This document shows, in pieces, positions 43,521 through 57,729 of a DNA stretch of 64,000 bases. Source of the DNA: the human T2T-CHM13v2.0 reference genome, Homo sapiens. The position numbers and the translations under genes were made by a program. The notes beneath the pieces were generated by a model. The model did no database searches and was not told where the DNA came from. It saw nothing but the letters and a program-made list of their open reading frames with translations. Within the stretch, counting starts at the first letter, position 1. Each line of letters starts with the position of its first letter. The stretch lies in the NCBI RefSeq assembly GCF_009914755.1, contig NC_060930.1. One strand, 5' to 3'.

Positions 43521-46035
43521 AGGATCTAATCTACTATGTTCTATTACAGCTAAGTAAACAAAGCTCCAAATATTCAGAGGTGTGTTCAGGATCACAAAGC
43601 CAGTTAGTGGAAAAGCCGGGCTTGCAACCCTAGACTGGGACTCATTCCACAATGACACGGTGCTTCAGCAATGAGTGAGCCAACATTTTGGTTCTTCAGC
43701 TTCCTTCCTCTCATAAAAATGAGTTGATAATAATGATACCCGCCATCTGTCATCAGGGTTAGGGAGGTAAAATCATTTAGGCTATTCAAACAAAAGATTA
43801 TCTTTACCAATTATCTTTTGTAGTCTGACTACAAACCATGGAAATCATGACAATCTTCCTATTGCCAGATGCTCAATCTATCTGCAAATTTTCATTGAAG
43901 CACAACTTGTTTGCAAAATGTAAAATTAGAAGTGACAGACAAATCTATTTTTATAAATCTTAGCCTGTCTATTTTGAGTCTCTGAATTTTAAAAGAAGGA
44001 TTGAGGGCAGCTGTTGAACTTGACTGAAATGTTTAATGATGCTACTCTATTTACTTCTAATTTCTAAGATATAGACATTTTCCTGCAGTATTATAAACAT
44101 GCAGTGTGATGTAGGGCACCTACGGGGCCATTTCAGTCCTATAAGAGAGATGCTTTAGCTTACTGTGTGTTGCACATAAGGGTAAGAAAGTAGTTGTGGC
44201 TGAGTAATTCAAGATTACCTAGAAACAAGGGTCCCAACTTAAGTTTACTTAATGTGTGACCCTAAAACACTGTACTGCCTAGACTTCAGTTTTTTCATGT
44301 GTTAAATAGAGATGAAAGAAATTATCACCTTGATCACACAATTATTACATTTGAATATCATGTAGTTAAAAATAATGCTTTGTACTTAAACAAAGTTAGT
44401 CACCACAAAAGGAAATTTAAACTCAGAAGAGAAGTCTTAACTATATACTGGACTCCAAGTACTGTACTTCAGGATCAACCAATATCCAACAAGCTGTTCC
44501 TACATGAAAAGTAATGTAATGAAGTATAGTACTTAATATTCCATGGACCTTGTTCTCTAAGTAAAATAAGAAAGTCTCAGATCATTCCTATTTAAAACAT
44601 AATTAACATCGTAAGCTAATGATGAAAAATTAGGTAAGTGATCCAAGTCCTACCAAGTCGTTTATAATGTCAACAGACATTAAAATTCCAATGGAATTTA
44701 ACAATAAAAAGGTGTACAGTGAGAGTGAATGCTCTAATACCAACCCTACAGAGCCTATTAACAGAATTGGAGGGCACTCAAACAGAAATCTCTCCCATCT
44801 CTGATTTGTTTTTGTTTTTTGTTTCAACCAGGAATCAACATTTCTCCCCTAAAGCTAAATGGCTCTAATTTTGCATAATGGCTTTTCTTTTTTCTTATGA
44901 TTTTTTAAAATCCAGTTAGTTGATTGTTTCAAAATATCTCTTCTTTGTTGCTCATTCATTCCATTTTTTAACCAATGTAAGCTCCTCTAATAGGAACCCA
45001 CTTCATCTCCTCCTCACCTATCCCAAATCTCCCTAACCTAACCATCAAACATGTATGTAAAATTTAAGTAAATTGGAATCTTCAAAGCAGAAAGTCTACT
45101 TTCCCTCTGGCCTTCCATGTTAAAAATATATGGCAGAATTGGGAAAACTTTAAAAAGTACATTAAATGTGCATGCTCATTTAAAACTGTTAAAATATGCC
45201 TTAAGAGTAAATGTAGCATATCATTCAATTCTTATAACCCACACTGACGGCAGTGATTATTCCTTCCATTCTAGAGATGATATAATATTTCATGTACAAT
45301 TTACCTGGGTTCTTGTGGTTTGAACTCATTATTTGTGACTCCAAATTTGCTAATTTTCCTGTTTCATCACATTGATTCTTGCTCCAGGTCCCTCTTTTCT
45401 CTTTTCTGGCATTCTTCCCTATTCTCCCTCTCTTCTCTCTTCTCTTCCTCATCATCTTCCTAAGCATAAAAAGATACCTTTTTGGTTTGCCTTATTATCT
45501 TTTCTGGCAGATCTCAGCCTCAAGATTTAGAGGGGGCTAGGATTCCTTCTAGATTTGGCATCATTGATTCCTAAATTCTTCAGACATGGAGTTTCTATGA
45601 AGCCATTTGAGGCTTTGACATGTCTCTGGATAAAGGTGGTCAGAGTTGGTCCAGGGCAGAGACAGAAATAAATGGTTAACCGCCTTCTTTTTATTTAGTA
45701 TCAAATATTCCTCAAAATTCTTTATTGTATTTAGATATATTAATTATGTCACCCCTCAATATTTTCCTGCCCACACAAAAATCTTAGACTCTCTAATGTT
45801 TCTCTCTCTCCCTTTTTTTAAAGCTTCTTTATGGATTCAGAATTACAAACTGCACTCAGTGAATGAATACCTGACTGGCCTTACTTATCTTCGTACCACC
45901 CCTTCCCCAGAAAGGTTAGTGAAGTGCCCAACATATAGTAAGTAATCAATTCATGTTGTTTAAAGAATTGATGATTATTGTACAACACATACCAAGAGGG
46001 TTAATTTGTACCAGTTTTGTCATTTAGATATAAAG

Positions 46036-46257
46036 CAGTGGCTCTTAACTGGGTCTGTTTTTGGGCATATACACATACCCCCAAGGATATTTGGCATTGT
46101 CTGGAGACATTTTTGATTTTCACAACTGGGGGAAGGGTTTCAATGGCATCCAATGAGTAGAGGCCAGAGGTGCTCCTAAACATCCTAAACATACAAATAT
46201 AAACAAAAAAAATTAGTAAAAATGGCCACTATTTAGTGGCAATATTGAGAATCCTGA
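46036..46257. mobile_element. MER20
   Basis: ggatatttggcattgtctggagacatttttgattttcacaactggg...ggcatccaatgagtagaggccagag. Confidence 0.88.
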
Positions 46258-46440
46258 CATAATTGTATGGCACTAAAGGGACCCTAGAAAGACATTAGTC
46301 ATCTTGACTCAATCCTGAAATTGTGTGTCCTGTGCTCCGTGCTCAAGCACCTTCCTCTAGCCCCAGAGGTACCGATTGACACTCTCCAGGCAGCCTGCAC
46401 ATCCTCGCATGAAACAGATTTTGTTAAGACCCCATGAGTT

Positions 46441-46777
<337 letters not shown>

Positions 46778-46789
46778 TCAAAGGCAGTG

Positions 46790-47030
46790 AGTGTATTGGA
46801 AGAGTGTGTTCAATGACAGAGCTGGGTTGGAACCCCGGTGTTGTCACTTACTTAGCTGTGGAGGCTTGAGCAAATCAAAATCCCTGTGCCATTTTTTACA
46901 TAGAATGGAAATGATAATCCCAAGGCTTCAGTGTTTCAGTGTTGCTATGAGGGTAAAATATGCATATATATATATATATATATATGGTATCTAGCACATA
47001 GTACATATCTGAAAAAAAAGCAGCTAGTAT
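46790..47030 (+). mobile_element. MIR with internal (TA)n
   Basis: gacagagctgggttggaacccc..tcacttacttagctgtg...atggaaatgataat. Confidence 0.75.
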
Positions 47031-47141
47031 TTTATTTAATTCTGATAATAAAACACACTCATTTAGACTAAGTAGTATCTGTATTCTCACCACAGCAAGC
47101 ATTGGCTCTCTAAAAATTTATATAGATCCTGTCTGCATCCT

Positions 47142-47483
47142 TGTAGTTGATTTTATTTTTGTTCAAAGTATTCACTTCTCCCCTCAAAGAAGGATTATAC
47201 ATTCTGCCTTCTTGATGCCATGGCACATCAAGTGGTATATGAGTGGAAGAGATGAAGACCACCCCCAAATCCTGCCATTTTCTTTCCCCTGTCACAAGAT
47301 GACTAATGTCCCCAAGAGGGACTGTTCCTTTCAGTTAAGGCCTATAATGAAATCAATATGAAGCCCATGGCCAACCCAAAAGACATGCACTGTGAGTGAA
47401 AAATAAACCTTTGTTTTTGTAAGCATCTGAGGTTTAGGGATTGTTTCTACCATAACATTAATGTGACTAAGTTAAATGATACT
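47142..47483 (+). mobile_element. MLT1 (J-like) solo LTR
   Basis: tgtgagtgaaaaataaacctttgtttttgtaagcatctgaggtttaggga. Confidence 0.72.
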
Positions 47484-50400
47484 GCCACCAATTGCTCAAC
47501 TGGAAATACAAAACTCCTTGGTACCATAGGAAATTTGGCACCAAGTCGGTGATAGTTTACTGGGATCCTAAATGCTAAATACTATAAAAGACAGTGTATA
47601 AAGTTTTCTCAAAGCTAGGGTAAATTTTAAGGTCTATTAATTGGAATAGATACAATGCCTTTGTACTGAAAACTTGACTATTAAAGCCAGAATCTGAATC
47701 TGGCACACAGCCTTGTCCTTCATTCCTTGCTCAGGAATGTGCCTAATAAGTCTACTTCCAAATATCTGTAAGTGCATAATTCTCTAAACAACCTGATTAT
47801 TGAATTTTCCTCCAAACATTACCTATTTCTTGAAGAATTGTAATTGATTAACAACTTCCAAGCAACTCATGATTGCCTCACAGAAACTGTTGCTAAAACT
47901 TCTATATAGTCCTTTTACCAAAATCCACAACATGATGAGAAAAAATTAGTTTTGTAGATGACTTTTTTCTCTACTCTATTACAAAAAAAAAAAATCATTT
48001 TCCACTCTGCCAACTGATTATGCAGCCACGTTGTTTGAAAGCTTGCATAATTTACATTAGCATGCTTAAGATCTCAGGTGACTATGCCTTTGAGGCCAGC
48101 GTGCTAACCCCAGTGGACTGATTTGATATTCTTCCCAATATCTGACCCTTTTTTCCTTGTTAATTACAGGCAGACTTCCCTGGTCTGTCCCTGGATCTGC
48201 ACCTGTTTCCCATCTTTGAGCAGCTGCTAATTAGGTTGAAAATGGTAGGGCTGGGCAGTGCAGGCCACACATGCCTCATCAGGCTATTGATCAGACTGGC
48301 ATACCACACATGCAGTAATGGCTATCTGCACAACCCAGTTCCAAAATAAAAGTCATTCTTGGAATTGCATGTTTGAATCCAAGCATACACTAGACTCTAA
48401 CTCAAATATTAGAACATGTGAAAGGAAAAATGACACTATACTTTTAAAATAATATTTTTCTTTGAAATGGTAGGTATGACCTCAACTACTTTGTACTTCT
48501 CATTGGATTCTTTTACTTTAGAGTAGGAAAAAAAGTCTTCTTGTAGGGAAAGCACATATGTATATGAACATAATTTTAACAGTAGATTCTGTGAGTATGA
48601 ATTATATATTTGTTAACTATCCAAGCAATATTCCTATCCTGAATTCCCATTTGGCCTTGTGAATGACATCATTATATAGAGTTTTAAATTACATTGTGAT
48701 TTATGATTTTAGTAACTATGAACATCTAGAACACTGATTATCAAAGAGGTCATTACAGCTATCTATGGGTAGTATTAAAAATGGGCAGGGATGTTTGGGG
48801 TTGTCACAGTAATTAAAGGGTGCTGCTGGCAGTGGCAGCTCCAACATCTGTTACAAATCATAAATAAGAGACTAGCTTAAAAAATCATTTTATAAATATC
48901 TGTACCCAGATCCTAATTCCATATTACATATAAATATAAAATATTTTTGCAACCTCAATATACTGAAATATAATAACCTAAAATTTCCAAGAATGGAAAT
49001 CCAGGAAAAATTAGATTTTATTTGATTTGAAATGATTGAAGAGTTATCATTGTTTTGAAAATCGCTAATGGCAAGACTATTCTCATATTTCAATTGCCAA
49101 TAAATCATACCATATTCTTTCTCTATTTGTTCCTTCTGCACTCATAATTTTATGAATCTGTAGACATCTGACCAACACAGTATATCATCTAGTGTAGGTA
49201 AGCCTAATTTTTACATACTGAAATTTATAATATATTTAATATATAATTTTATATAGTTTTTTGGATGTTAAATTAGACAATTATATTTTTAATTACATGC
49301 ACAGTTAAGTTGTAGTATCTATGACTTTCATTCAAGGATCTTAAGGGCAGATTACAAAACACCAATTATGAAAAGAAAAGGTTGGGTCTGATAGAGAAAA
49401 AGTCACTATTCTAGGGTAATAGGCCTGGGTATAACTGTTATTTGTACTTGCTTGGCAGGAACTTTGAACTTTTTATGCCTGGCATTTGATAGTCAATGAT
49501 TTGTTCCTTAAAGCTCTATTCCTCACTTCTTCTCCTGAAATTGTCACACTACTACTGTTGTCTGTGACCCAAACACAGTCCCTGGCAGAGTTGCCCCCAC
49601 ATAAACACATAATAGTCTAAATGCAGAGCAACCTCTGATACACCAGAAATGAGTCATGGTCTGCTTCTAACTTGGGGTAAACCTTATGCTCACATTATAT
49701 AAGCCTTGTAGAGGCCAAGGAGATGGAATACTCATTCAAAACGGTATAAGTTACTTTACCTCCCTGAGTTCTCTTGTCATAAGACCCTATATGATTAGTT
49801 CTTCACTTTATTCTTTCAAGCAACAAAGAGACCCTATAGAAAGTCATGACATTTGGGGTTTTTGTTGTTGTTGTTTCTGTTTGGTTTGTTTGTTTTTTTC
49901 TTTTGCTCCACCTCCTATATTTTATCAGTTGGGAAAATTGTAAAATTAAGTACTTACGTATGTGAAATTTTTTAAAGCAGGTTATAACAGCTTTCAAGGT
50001 TCTTAGGCTTTGGTTATATACTGAAGGACATGCTGACTCCCATTCTGTCATATAAACTGAATATGGCTCAATTTTTTATTAAATTTGCTATAAAAGCACA
50101 TCCGTCATTTACCTTGATTGTAGCATTAAACTGGCTTCTCTAATAATGTCCCTACTGTATTCAGAATCTTGAATGCGCCATTTACATTAATGATATTATC
50201 TTCATCAGTAGATAAGCAACTTCAAGTTGTTAAAGATCAAACAAATCTTCTGCTATTAGCAGAAGATCATTAATGGTGATTCATGGGATTCTTTTCTTCA
50301 TATACCCTTGCATGAGTTACTTTTGTGTACCATGTTTCATATTTTTGGTCTATTTTTGAAATTTCCCTATAAAATCAAGTCACATTGAATATTTTAGAGT

Positions 50401-50899
50401 CTCTCTTCTTTAGAATTTAGATGAAACTCTTGTTGCAAAGCCACACTTGCAAAAAGGTGGTGTTCTTCATAAAATGGAATAATTAAAAATTTGTATACTT
50501 AAATATCAAAAAATGCCTTGAAGGAGTCACATTTATAAAATACATAAGGACGCATTGCTCATCTTTTCCTATAGAGAAGAGTGGTCTTTCAAAATATGTG
50601 GTTGAATGTCTTCTCTCATCTAGATCATCTTGAAGTTATAATAGGTATAGAATATATACTGGCCATAAACACTGTCATAAACACTGGCCATTTCTTCTAT
50701 TGTCCTAGATTCATGCTATCTTCTCCACTGTCCTTTGCTTCATTCTTTCTGTTTGGAAAACACTGCTTCAGATTTCGTCTCTTCATCCAGAGAAATTGCC
50801 CAAGGTCTATCAACTCGCACCAAATATGCTTCTTGGGAAAAGATATCCTGTAACTTCATAGCTTTGGAGTCACTGATCCAGCCCACATAAGTTACCTGT

Positions 50900-51420
50900 T
50901 AGACTACTTACTGGTCCCACTATCTACCCAGTTATCTAAAGCAGAAACTGTGTAATTTTCCTATATGCCTCCACTTCCTCACCCTCTGTGTCTTGTAATT
51001 TACTTTATGCCTCTTATGTCTTCATTTCAGTTACCACACCTTGGTACAATATCCTCTTAACTAGTCCTCCTGCAGCCAGACTTATCTCAGCCTTGCCACC
51101 ACAGGATATTTTTTACATGGTGTCTAGAGTAAACCTGTAAAACAAAAATTTGAGTATAAAAGTCTTCCATATTAAACCCTTCCAGAGCATGTCAAAAACT
51201 AAGGATAAAACTCAAAAGTCCCGGTTCCTTCCTGTCTCTCAGTATCACCTTTCCTCATTTCTTCCCAAGGAGAAAAGAATTTTAATTTGTAGCATTTTAG
51301 AGCCACACACAATTTTTGCCAGAAAGGTATTATCTGTTTTTCCTTTGTGTCTTTGTTGTCTTATGCCTGCAATACCCTCAACCTACTGTCTTACCCTTCC
51401 TTTAATATTTAGCTCAAGGT
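50900..51420 (+). mobile_element. L2 fragment
   Basis: cacctt-type L2 motifs: tctacccagttatctaaagcagaaact, cctcttaactagtcctcctgc, aggataaaactcaaa. Confidence 0.55.
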
Positions 51421-51429
51421 GTCAGACTG

Positions 51430-51812
51430 GGTATTGCCTTTATCTTTGTACTGCTTTAACAGAATACCAGAGACTGAGTATTCAGAAAAAATAGAAATTC
51501 TTTTTCCACAGTTCAGGGAGCTGGAAAGTTCAAGATTAAGGCACTGGCTGGTGAGGTCCTGGCCTCTCTACTTCCAAGATGTCACCTTGAATGCTGTGTC
51601 TTCCCAGGGAGGAACACTGTGTCCTCATGTGACAGAAAGCAGAAGGGCTAAAAAGAGAGGAACTCCCTCCATCAACCCCTTTTATAAGGACATATGGTCC
51701 CATCATGGGGGACGAGCCCTCATGGACCAATCACCTCCTAAAGGCCTCATCTCCTGATACTCTCACATTGGCAACATCTAAATTTTGGAAGGGACACATT
51801 TAAACTACAGCA
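51430..51812 (-). mobile_element. MST (C/D-like) solo LTR
   Basis: taacagaataccagagactgag...gctggaaagttcaagattaaggcactggc...gagccctcatggaccaatcacctcctaaaggcc...aaactacagca. Confidence 0.85.
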
Positions 51813-54800
51813 GCCTTCTTGGCTCCTCCAAGCAGATTCCAGATTTTCTTCTTTGTATGTTTTTATGTTATGCAAGTTATGAAATTGTGCTCTATTTCTT
51901 ATTTCGCTTATCTGTTTTAAAATTACACTATAAACTTGAGGGTTAAGTCTATATTTTTTCCTTCTTTTTTAATGTATCCTCAGAACACAGCACAATAACT
52001 GCAATGCAAACACTTAATAAAAGTCCTTGGGATGGATGGATAGTTAGATATTGTATCAGTTACAAATACTTCTTCCTAACTTTAAAACTACTCTGCAAAC
52101 TATGCCCAATTTCACCGCTTAGTCTCGTTTTTTACCTTTCCCTGTCATGCAACCCCTGTTTAGTTGAGAAAACTACAATTCTCACTAATTATTATGGCTT
52201 ATAGTTTATGTCTTATGTTTTAGTTTACGTTGGCTTTCCAGCCTTCAATGACCATTGTTCCTATCTATCCCCCCTAATTAAAATAATAACCACATCCAAG
52301 TCTCAACTTAAGTGCCATTTATTTTTATAAAATCATCCTTAACCACCAAACTCAGTGTAATGGCTTTTTTATGGAAGTAACGAGCAGAATAAATCAATGA
52401 GATCAGTAAATAAATTATACAATTAAGATAAATCTTAGGTAAATATTTCCTTTTTCCTCCCTAATGCAGGTTAGTTTACTACAATAATGTTGTATTCTCT
52501 AATACCATATGACTCTGCACAGTTCAGCTACATTGTAATGATAATTGTATTGTAATAATCATTTTATCTGTCTATGCCTTTCCCCTCCTGTACTAACCCT
52601 AAACTGAAAGCCTCTAAAAATTAGAAACCATGTTTTTGTTAATATATTGTTAGAGTTCTACACAGCACTTAATACATAACAGATGCCTAATAACTTCTTT
52701 AACAAAATGAATACAGACTCCGTAAGGTAATTACCAAACTCCATAAGGTAATAAGCTGTACTAAAACAGGGATTTTTTTTGTTTAGTTTGATTCACTATC
52801 TGTCACACTTGGTGTAGAGCCTGCCACACATTAGGATTGAATAGATAATTACTGGGTGAATGGAATAATGTCTTGTAACGAGAAGTATTTTGCTGTAACT
52901 GCTCCCTGTGTATTTTGTGGGCTCGGAACTTATCACATTCCTTCAGGGAGGCAAAACTAAAATAATACTAATATTAATACTAACAGCTTTCACACAAACA
53001 GACACATATACCTAGCAATGCTATATGAAATGGTGACCATGTACTGAATTACCCTGGGAGGATAACAATACCCGATCATACATACACTTTACTATTACAA
53101 ATTACACTTTACTACACATACACTTTACTATTACAAAAGCAGATAAAGAGCACAACTTATTAAGTGTACTGACTCCATCTCACATTCCAAAGGAAATATA
53201 TTCTCCTTTAGTCTCAGCACCCTTATCTTTGTCCTGTGATCGATGTCTTACCTTGTTACATAGGTTTCTCATCTTTAAAGTTACTTACTTTGTATACGGC
53301 TCGGCCTTTAAGAGCAAGCCACTACTTCATCTGGGCCTCAGCAGTGATTGGTTTCAATACTGGAGAAAAAAACTGTAGACCTATTGGGATATGGTATATT
53401 GGCGCCTAAATATACCTCTTTCTTAGGAGATTTTCATGGGTAATTCTGTCTAATAATCAGGTCTTGTATGTTGCTCCGTTGCATACAATCAGAAACACAT
53501 TGCTCCAAGAACAAAATTGTGAAATGTTGGGAAAGAGAAACCATCAGAGACTTAAAAAAAAAAGTGACCAGAGGATTATAGGGAGAATCAGCAAATATCA
53601 GTGTCTTATAAGCCAAAAAAGGTAGAGAATTTCTAGAAAGAAAAAAGACTGAGTTTCAAATACACCAGAGATTTAGTGGGTATATTAAGATCACTAAACC
53701 TTATTCAAGGCAAAGTTTTGATTAGCTGTGTCAATGATAGTATAAATAAAACTACAGAATTCTCTATTTTTCAGTTTTTTTATTGATAGGAACATGAAAC
53801 TTTACATATATGGAAAAAATGAAATTTTAAAATTATTCTACTTTGACAGTTAATGAGCATAGAACATGTTCTGTTTGGAAAAAAAGAACATATTCTGAAT
53901 TTCTCAAGCTAAACGTCAAATCAGCCCTAAGAGACATAAGACAGTTTCAGGGATATATGGGAGGAACCGGCCGTAGAACTAGTTGAGAACTAAAAAATGA
54001 AATTGTAATAAGAGACAGCAATTCCCCCTACACTTAAACTGGCACTGAGAAAATGTTTGCAGATTTATCGTGAAAGGAAACCTAGAACTTAAGGAGTTGT
54101 AAGTAAAAATGTCTTTTAAAAAATTATATGTCATCATGCCTGAAGCCCAGGGAATGTATTTGGATGGCTAAAAATTAGTCCATGATCAGACCATGATCAG
54201 AAGAAACATCCTTATGATGAGCTTTCCTAGTCATTTGAAGTCACTCTTAAATATACTATACTCACAGGAACAAAGGAAACAAGTAAAAAGGCAAAGGAGA
54301 AAGTTGAACTCAAGCAGCTTTGTTTTCTTATCCTTAGTCTTGAGGAAATTGGTGCCTAAATTGAAAGTGCCCTGAAGGCGGCTTTAACTTATCTGACCAG
54401 ACCTTACCCTAGGGATTGCCTCAGGTCCTGCTAACCTAGGCAACTATTTGAGGGTCAAGATTCCACTCAACTGAAGTATTCTTGAAGAAACCCTCCTGTG
54501 TATTCAAAGTGGGCAGCATCATTTTCCTCCCTCTCAGTCTTTCTCTGACAATTGTTTGTTCTTTAATGGCTATGACTCTTTGTGTTGCTGGCAAAGGAAC
54601 TCCTCCAGAGGGTGAATTAGGGCAAGCGGTGTTCAGTACTTCCCTCCTGGGGCAGTAACAGGTGCATCTCTGTTTATCATTTTCTTGGTGGTACTCTGCC
54701 AGAATCTCGCATTATAATTTGTAAAACTGACCTTATATGTTCTCTAAAATCAGAATTCCAAGTAATAACACAGTTTGTATTTAAGACTGAGGAAGTTGAG

Positions 54801-54817
54801 GTGAGTTTGGTCGGTCA

Positions 54818-54860
54818 ATTGGTTGGTTGGTTGGTTGGTTGGTTGGTTAGTTGGTTGGTT
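54818..54860. repeat. (TTGG)n microsatellite
   Basis: About 10 units seen directly. Confidence 0.95.
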
Positions 54861-55419
54861 AGCTAGAAATTATGATGGAAAAAAATGAGAAAAAAGGTTA
54901 GGAAAAGGGAAGTTGCATGGGGGGAGTCTGTTTTAAAAACCCCAGTCTCTTAGATACAAAGACTGGCCCCTTTGCATCCCCTTATATTACTTAGCACTCT
55001 GACAGAAACTAGCTTTTTAATATACATTTTTGGTGGGAAGGCAACATTGATATGCCTAACACTGTAATAGGCACTCTTGGAGATGGAGGGTATGAAAAGT
55101 GATATAGGGCATGCCAAAAAAATTTAAAACATGGACACTGTATAAAAACGTAAATATTATGATGCAATCACTTCAGTTTAGCTGGAAAAACAACATGGAT
55201 CTCTAAAAATGCTAGGATTCATTTCCTGTGTTCATGAGTTAATTTGGCTCATTCTGAGGGAAGAGACACAACCCTTAACTTAATCCAACATGTATATTCA
55301 TGTATGCTTGCGTATAAGTGTGAGATGAATACAAATTTATCACCTCTGCTAATAAAAGGAAACAAGTAGAACATATTCCCAAATGAGTGTGAGTCCATAG
55401 TGAGGTATTTCATTATACA

Positions 55420-55552
55420 CAGGATGACCATATGTCCCAGTTTGCCTGGGACAGCCTCAGCGCACTCTTATGGTCCTAGTATTATTACAGATAAAACACC
55501 TCTCATTCTTAAAAGTGTTGTAGTTTTGACAATAAATTATAAGCTCATCCTG
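55420..55552 (-). mobile_element. MER94-like (hAT-Blackjack)
   Basis: caggatgaccatatgtcccagtttgcctgggacag...aaaagtgt...gacaataaattata..tcatcctg with terminal inverted repeats. Confidence 0.75.
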
Positions 55553-55804
55553 TAAAATATGGTGGGTTTAAATGACTGTAGACATCGAGACTTCCAAAAG
55601 AAAAGAATTGCAATTTTTGCTCATTATCTTTGACCTAATATAGTTTCTGTGACTACTTTAAAATTCTATAAGATCTACCCTCTGGCAATATAAGTTTTTG
55701 TGAAGTTTTTGTAGGCTTAAATTATGTTCATTTTACTTTTAAGGAAACAGAAGACCCTACCAGTCAATGGGAGGAAATCTACCTTGTACCTTGGTAGAAA
55801 AAAA

Positions 55805-56660
55805 TAGTGGAGATGCTTTAGAAAATAGTGTGAATTTTTTTTGAATAATTAAACAGGGTTACTATATGACTCAGTGATCCACTCCTAGACAATAGATATG
55901 AAAACATGTCCACAAAAAAATTATAGCAATATTATTTGTAATAGCCAAAAGGTGGAAACAACTTAAATGTCCCTCAACTGCTGGATGGATGAACAAAATG
56001 TGGTACAGGCTGGATATCCATTATTTAAAATGGTTGGAACCAGAAATGTGTTGCATTTTGTATTTTTTCAGATGTTGGGATATATGCATTATACTTGCTT
56101 GTTCGTCATCCCTAATCTGAAAATCCAAAATCTGAAATGCTTCAAAGAGCATTTTCTTTGAGTGACATCTTGGTACTCAGAAAGTTTCAGATTTTGGAGC
56201 ATTGCAGATTTCAGGTTTTTTGGATTTGGGATCCTCAACCTGTATATCTATACAATGGAATACTTTTCAGCAATAAGAAGAAATGAGGTGCTGATACATG
56301 CTACAACATGAATTAATCTTGAAAACATTCTCTTCAATGAAAGAAACCAGTCTCAGAAAGCTGTATATTACATGTTTCCATTCACATGAAACATTCAGAA
56401 TAGGCAAATCTATAGAAGCAGAAAGTAGATTAGTAACTGCTTAGGTCTGGTGGGAAGGGGCAATTGGGGAGATAGGGGAGTGCTAGCTAAAGGGTACAGG
56501 GTTTCTTTTTGAAGTGATTAAAATATTCTGTAATTAACTATGGTGATGGTTGCATGTACCTGTGAATATATTAATAACCATTGAACTGTGCACTTCAAGT
56601 CGGTGAGTCATCTGATATGATAATGATATATTAATAAAGCTGTTAAAATCAAAAAAAGAA
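55805..56660 (+). mobile_element. L1MB-like 3' end interrupted by Tigger4a
   Basis: atagccaaaaggtggaaacaac...taggcaaatctatagaagcagaaagtagattag...gggtacagggtttctttttgaagtga. Confidence 0.85.
56006..56242. mobile_element. Tigger4a (Zombi/MER46A-like) MITE
   Basis: TA|caggctggatatcc...ggatcctcaacctg|TA; aatctgaaaatccaaaatctgaaatgct. Confidence 0.88.
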
Positions 56661-56821
56661 TAAAGACTCTACCAGTCAGAATAGCACCAATTATCACGAA
56701 TAACAATAACCAACATTTACGGAGAATTTATATGCCTTATCTCAATGAACCCTCACAAAATGACCTATGGCATTTGCTCAAGAATTATCCCAATTTTGAA
56801 TATAAAATATTAAACATAAAA

Positions 56822-56885
56822 TGTTAAGTAAATTGTCCAAGGTCACTGTAGCTTGTTAAGTAAATTGTCCAAGGTCACTGTAGCT
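56822..56885 (+). repeat. Perfect 32-bp tandem duplication inside a minus-strand MIR (~56700-56900)
   Basis: tgttaagtaaattgtccaaggtcactgtagct x2. Confidence 0.95.
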
Positions 56886-57729
56886 TATGACATTGAGCAC
56901 AAGCCAGCTAAAGACAAGTAACTCCAAAGGTAAATCTTAGAGATATCTGTTTACCTAGGTCCAGCCTTGTGATTGAAACCTATGACACATAGAACTTCGC
57001 TTCTGTCTGGAGCTTGCTTTTCAGCAGTAGGTAGAAGGAAACCATATCTTGTCTTTGTAAGTCAGAGAGAACTTAGAGCTTCAATGAGTTCTAAATCCAG
57101 ACTGAGCTCTTGCACTTGCTTCTCTGCTGGCTTGGTCCTCTGTCAACTGGCCTGTCTCCTCATCATGTTTTTTATTGTTTGGTTTCCCTCTCATTTTCAC
57201 TTCTGCTCTCCACCAGTAGTTAGGGTTACATAGAAAGCATTATAATTCAGGTCTCACCTTTTAGGCTTGGTCCTTGTGTAAGAGATACATACATATATTA
57301 GAGAATACTTAGAATATTTATTTGTAACAAATAAAAATGAGTCAATTCCTTTGGTCAATTTAAATGAAAAGTAATATTAGGGCAAAAGATAAAAGAAGAA
57401 AAAGACATAATTAAAGAGATTTTTCTTTAAATGACTTGAGAGAAATTTAATCAAGCCACTTAGATTTATATACTAGGAAAAGCTGGCTTTTTGTTGTTTT
57501 AGGAACAGTAATCTATGCACATGATAAAAATAAAATCCAACAGGACAGATGGTTTTTAAACAGTTAAAGCATCATGGGTAATTCAGAGTGTGTAATAGGA
57601 ATCTTAGAGGAGCAATGTCAGCTTACTCTACATGCTAGACTTTATCCCAACAGTGACCTCAAGTCACTTTAGGAATTATTTTCCATATGGAGATTCAGTA
57701 AATGGTATGCTCAGGTACAACAGGGAACC

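Noticed and set aside
42183-44617. 15-bp match ttaacatcgtaagct at ~42183 and ~44603
   Set aside because: A match of this length is expected by chance in 64 kb of AT-rich DNA, and there is no flanking similarity
51150-51757. Overlapping 114-aa and 112-aa ORFs
   Set aside because: Lie in L2 and MST LTR remnants; non-ATG starts; chance ORFs
53861-53897. AGAACATGTTCT palindrome plus a similar second half-site (p53/steroid receptor-like)
   Set aside because: Second half-site lacks the core G and the spacing is non-canonical
54180-54201. ccatgatcaga tandem duplication
   Set aside because: Ordinary short slippage duplication
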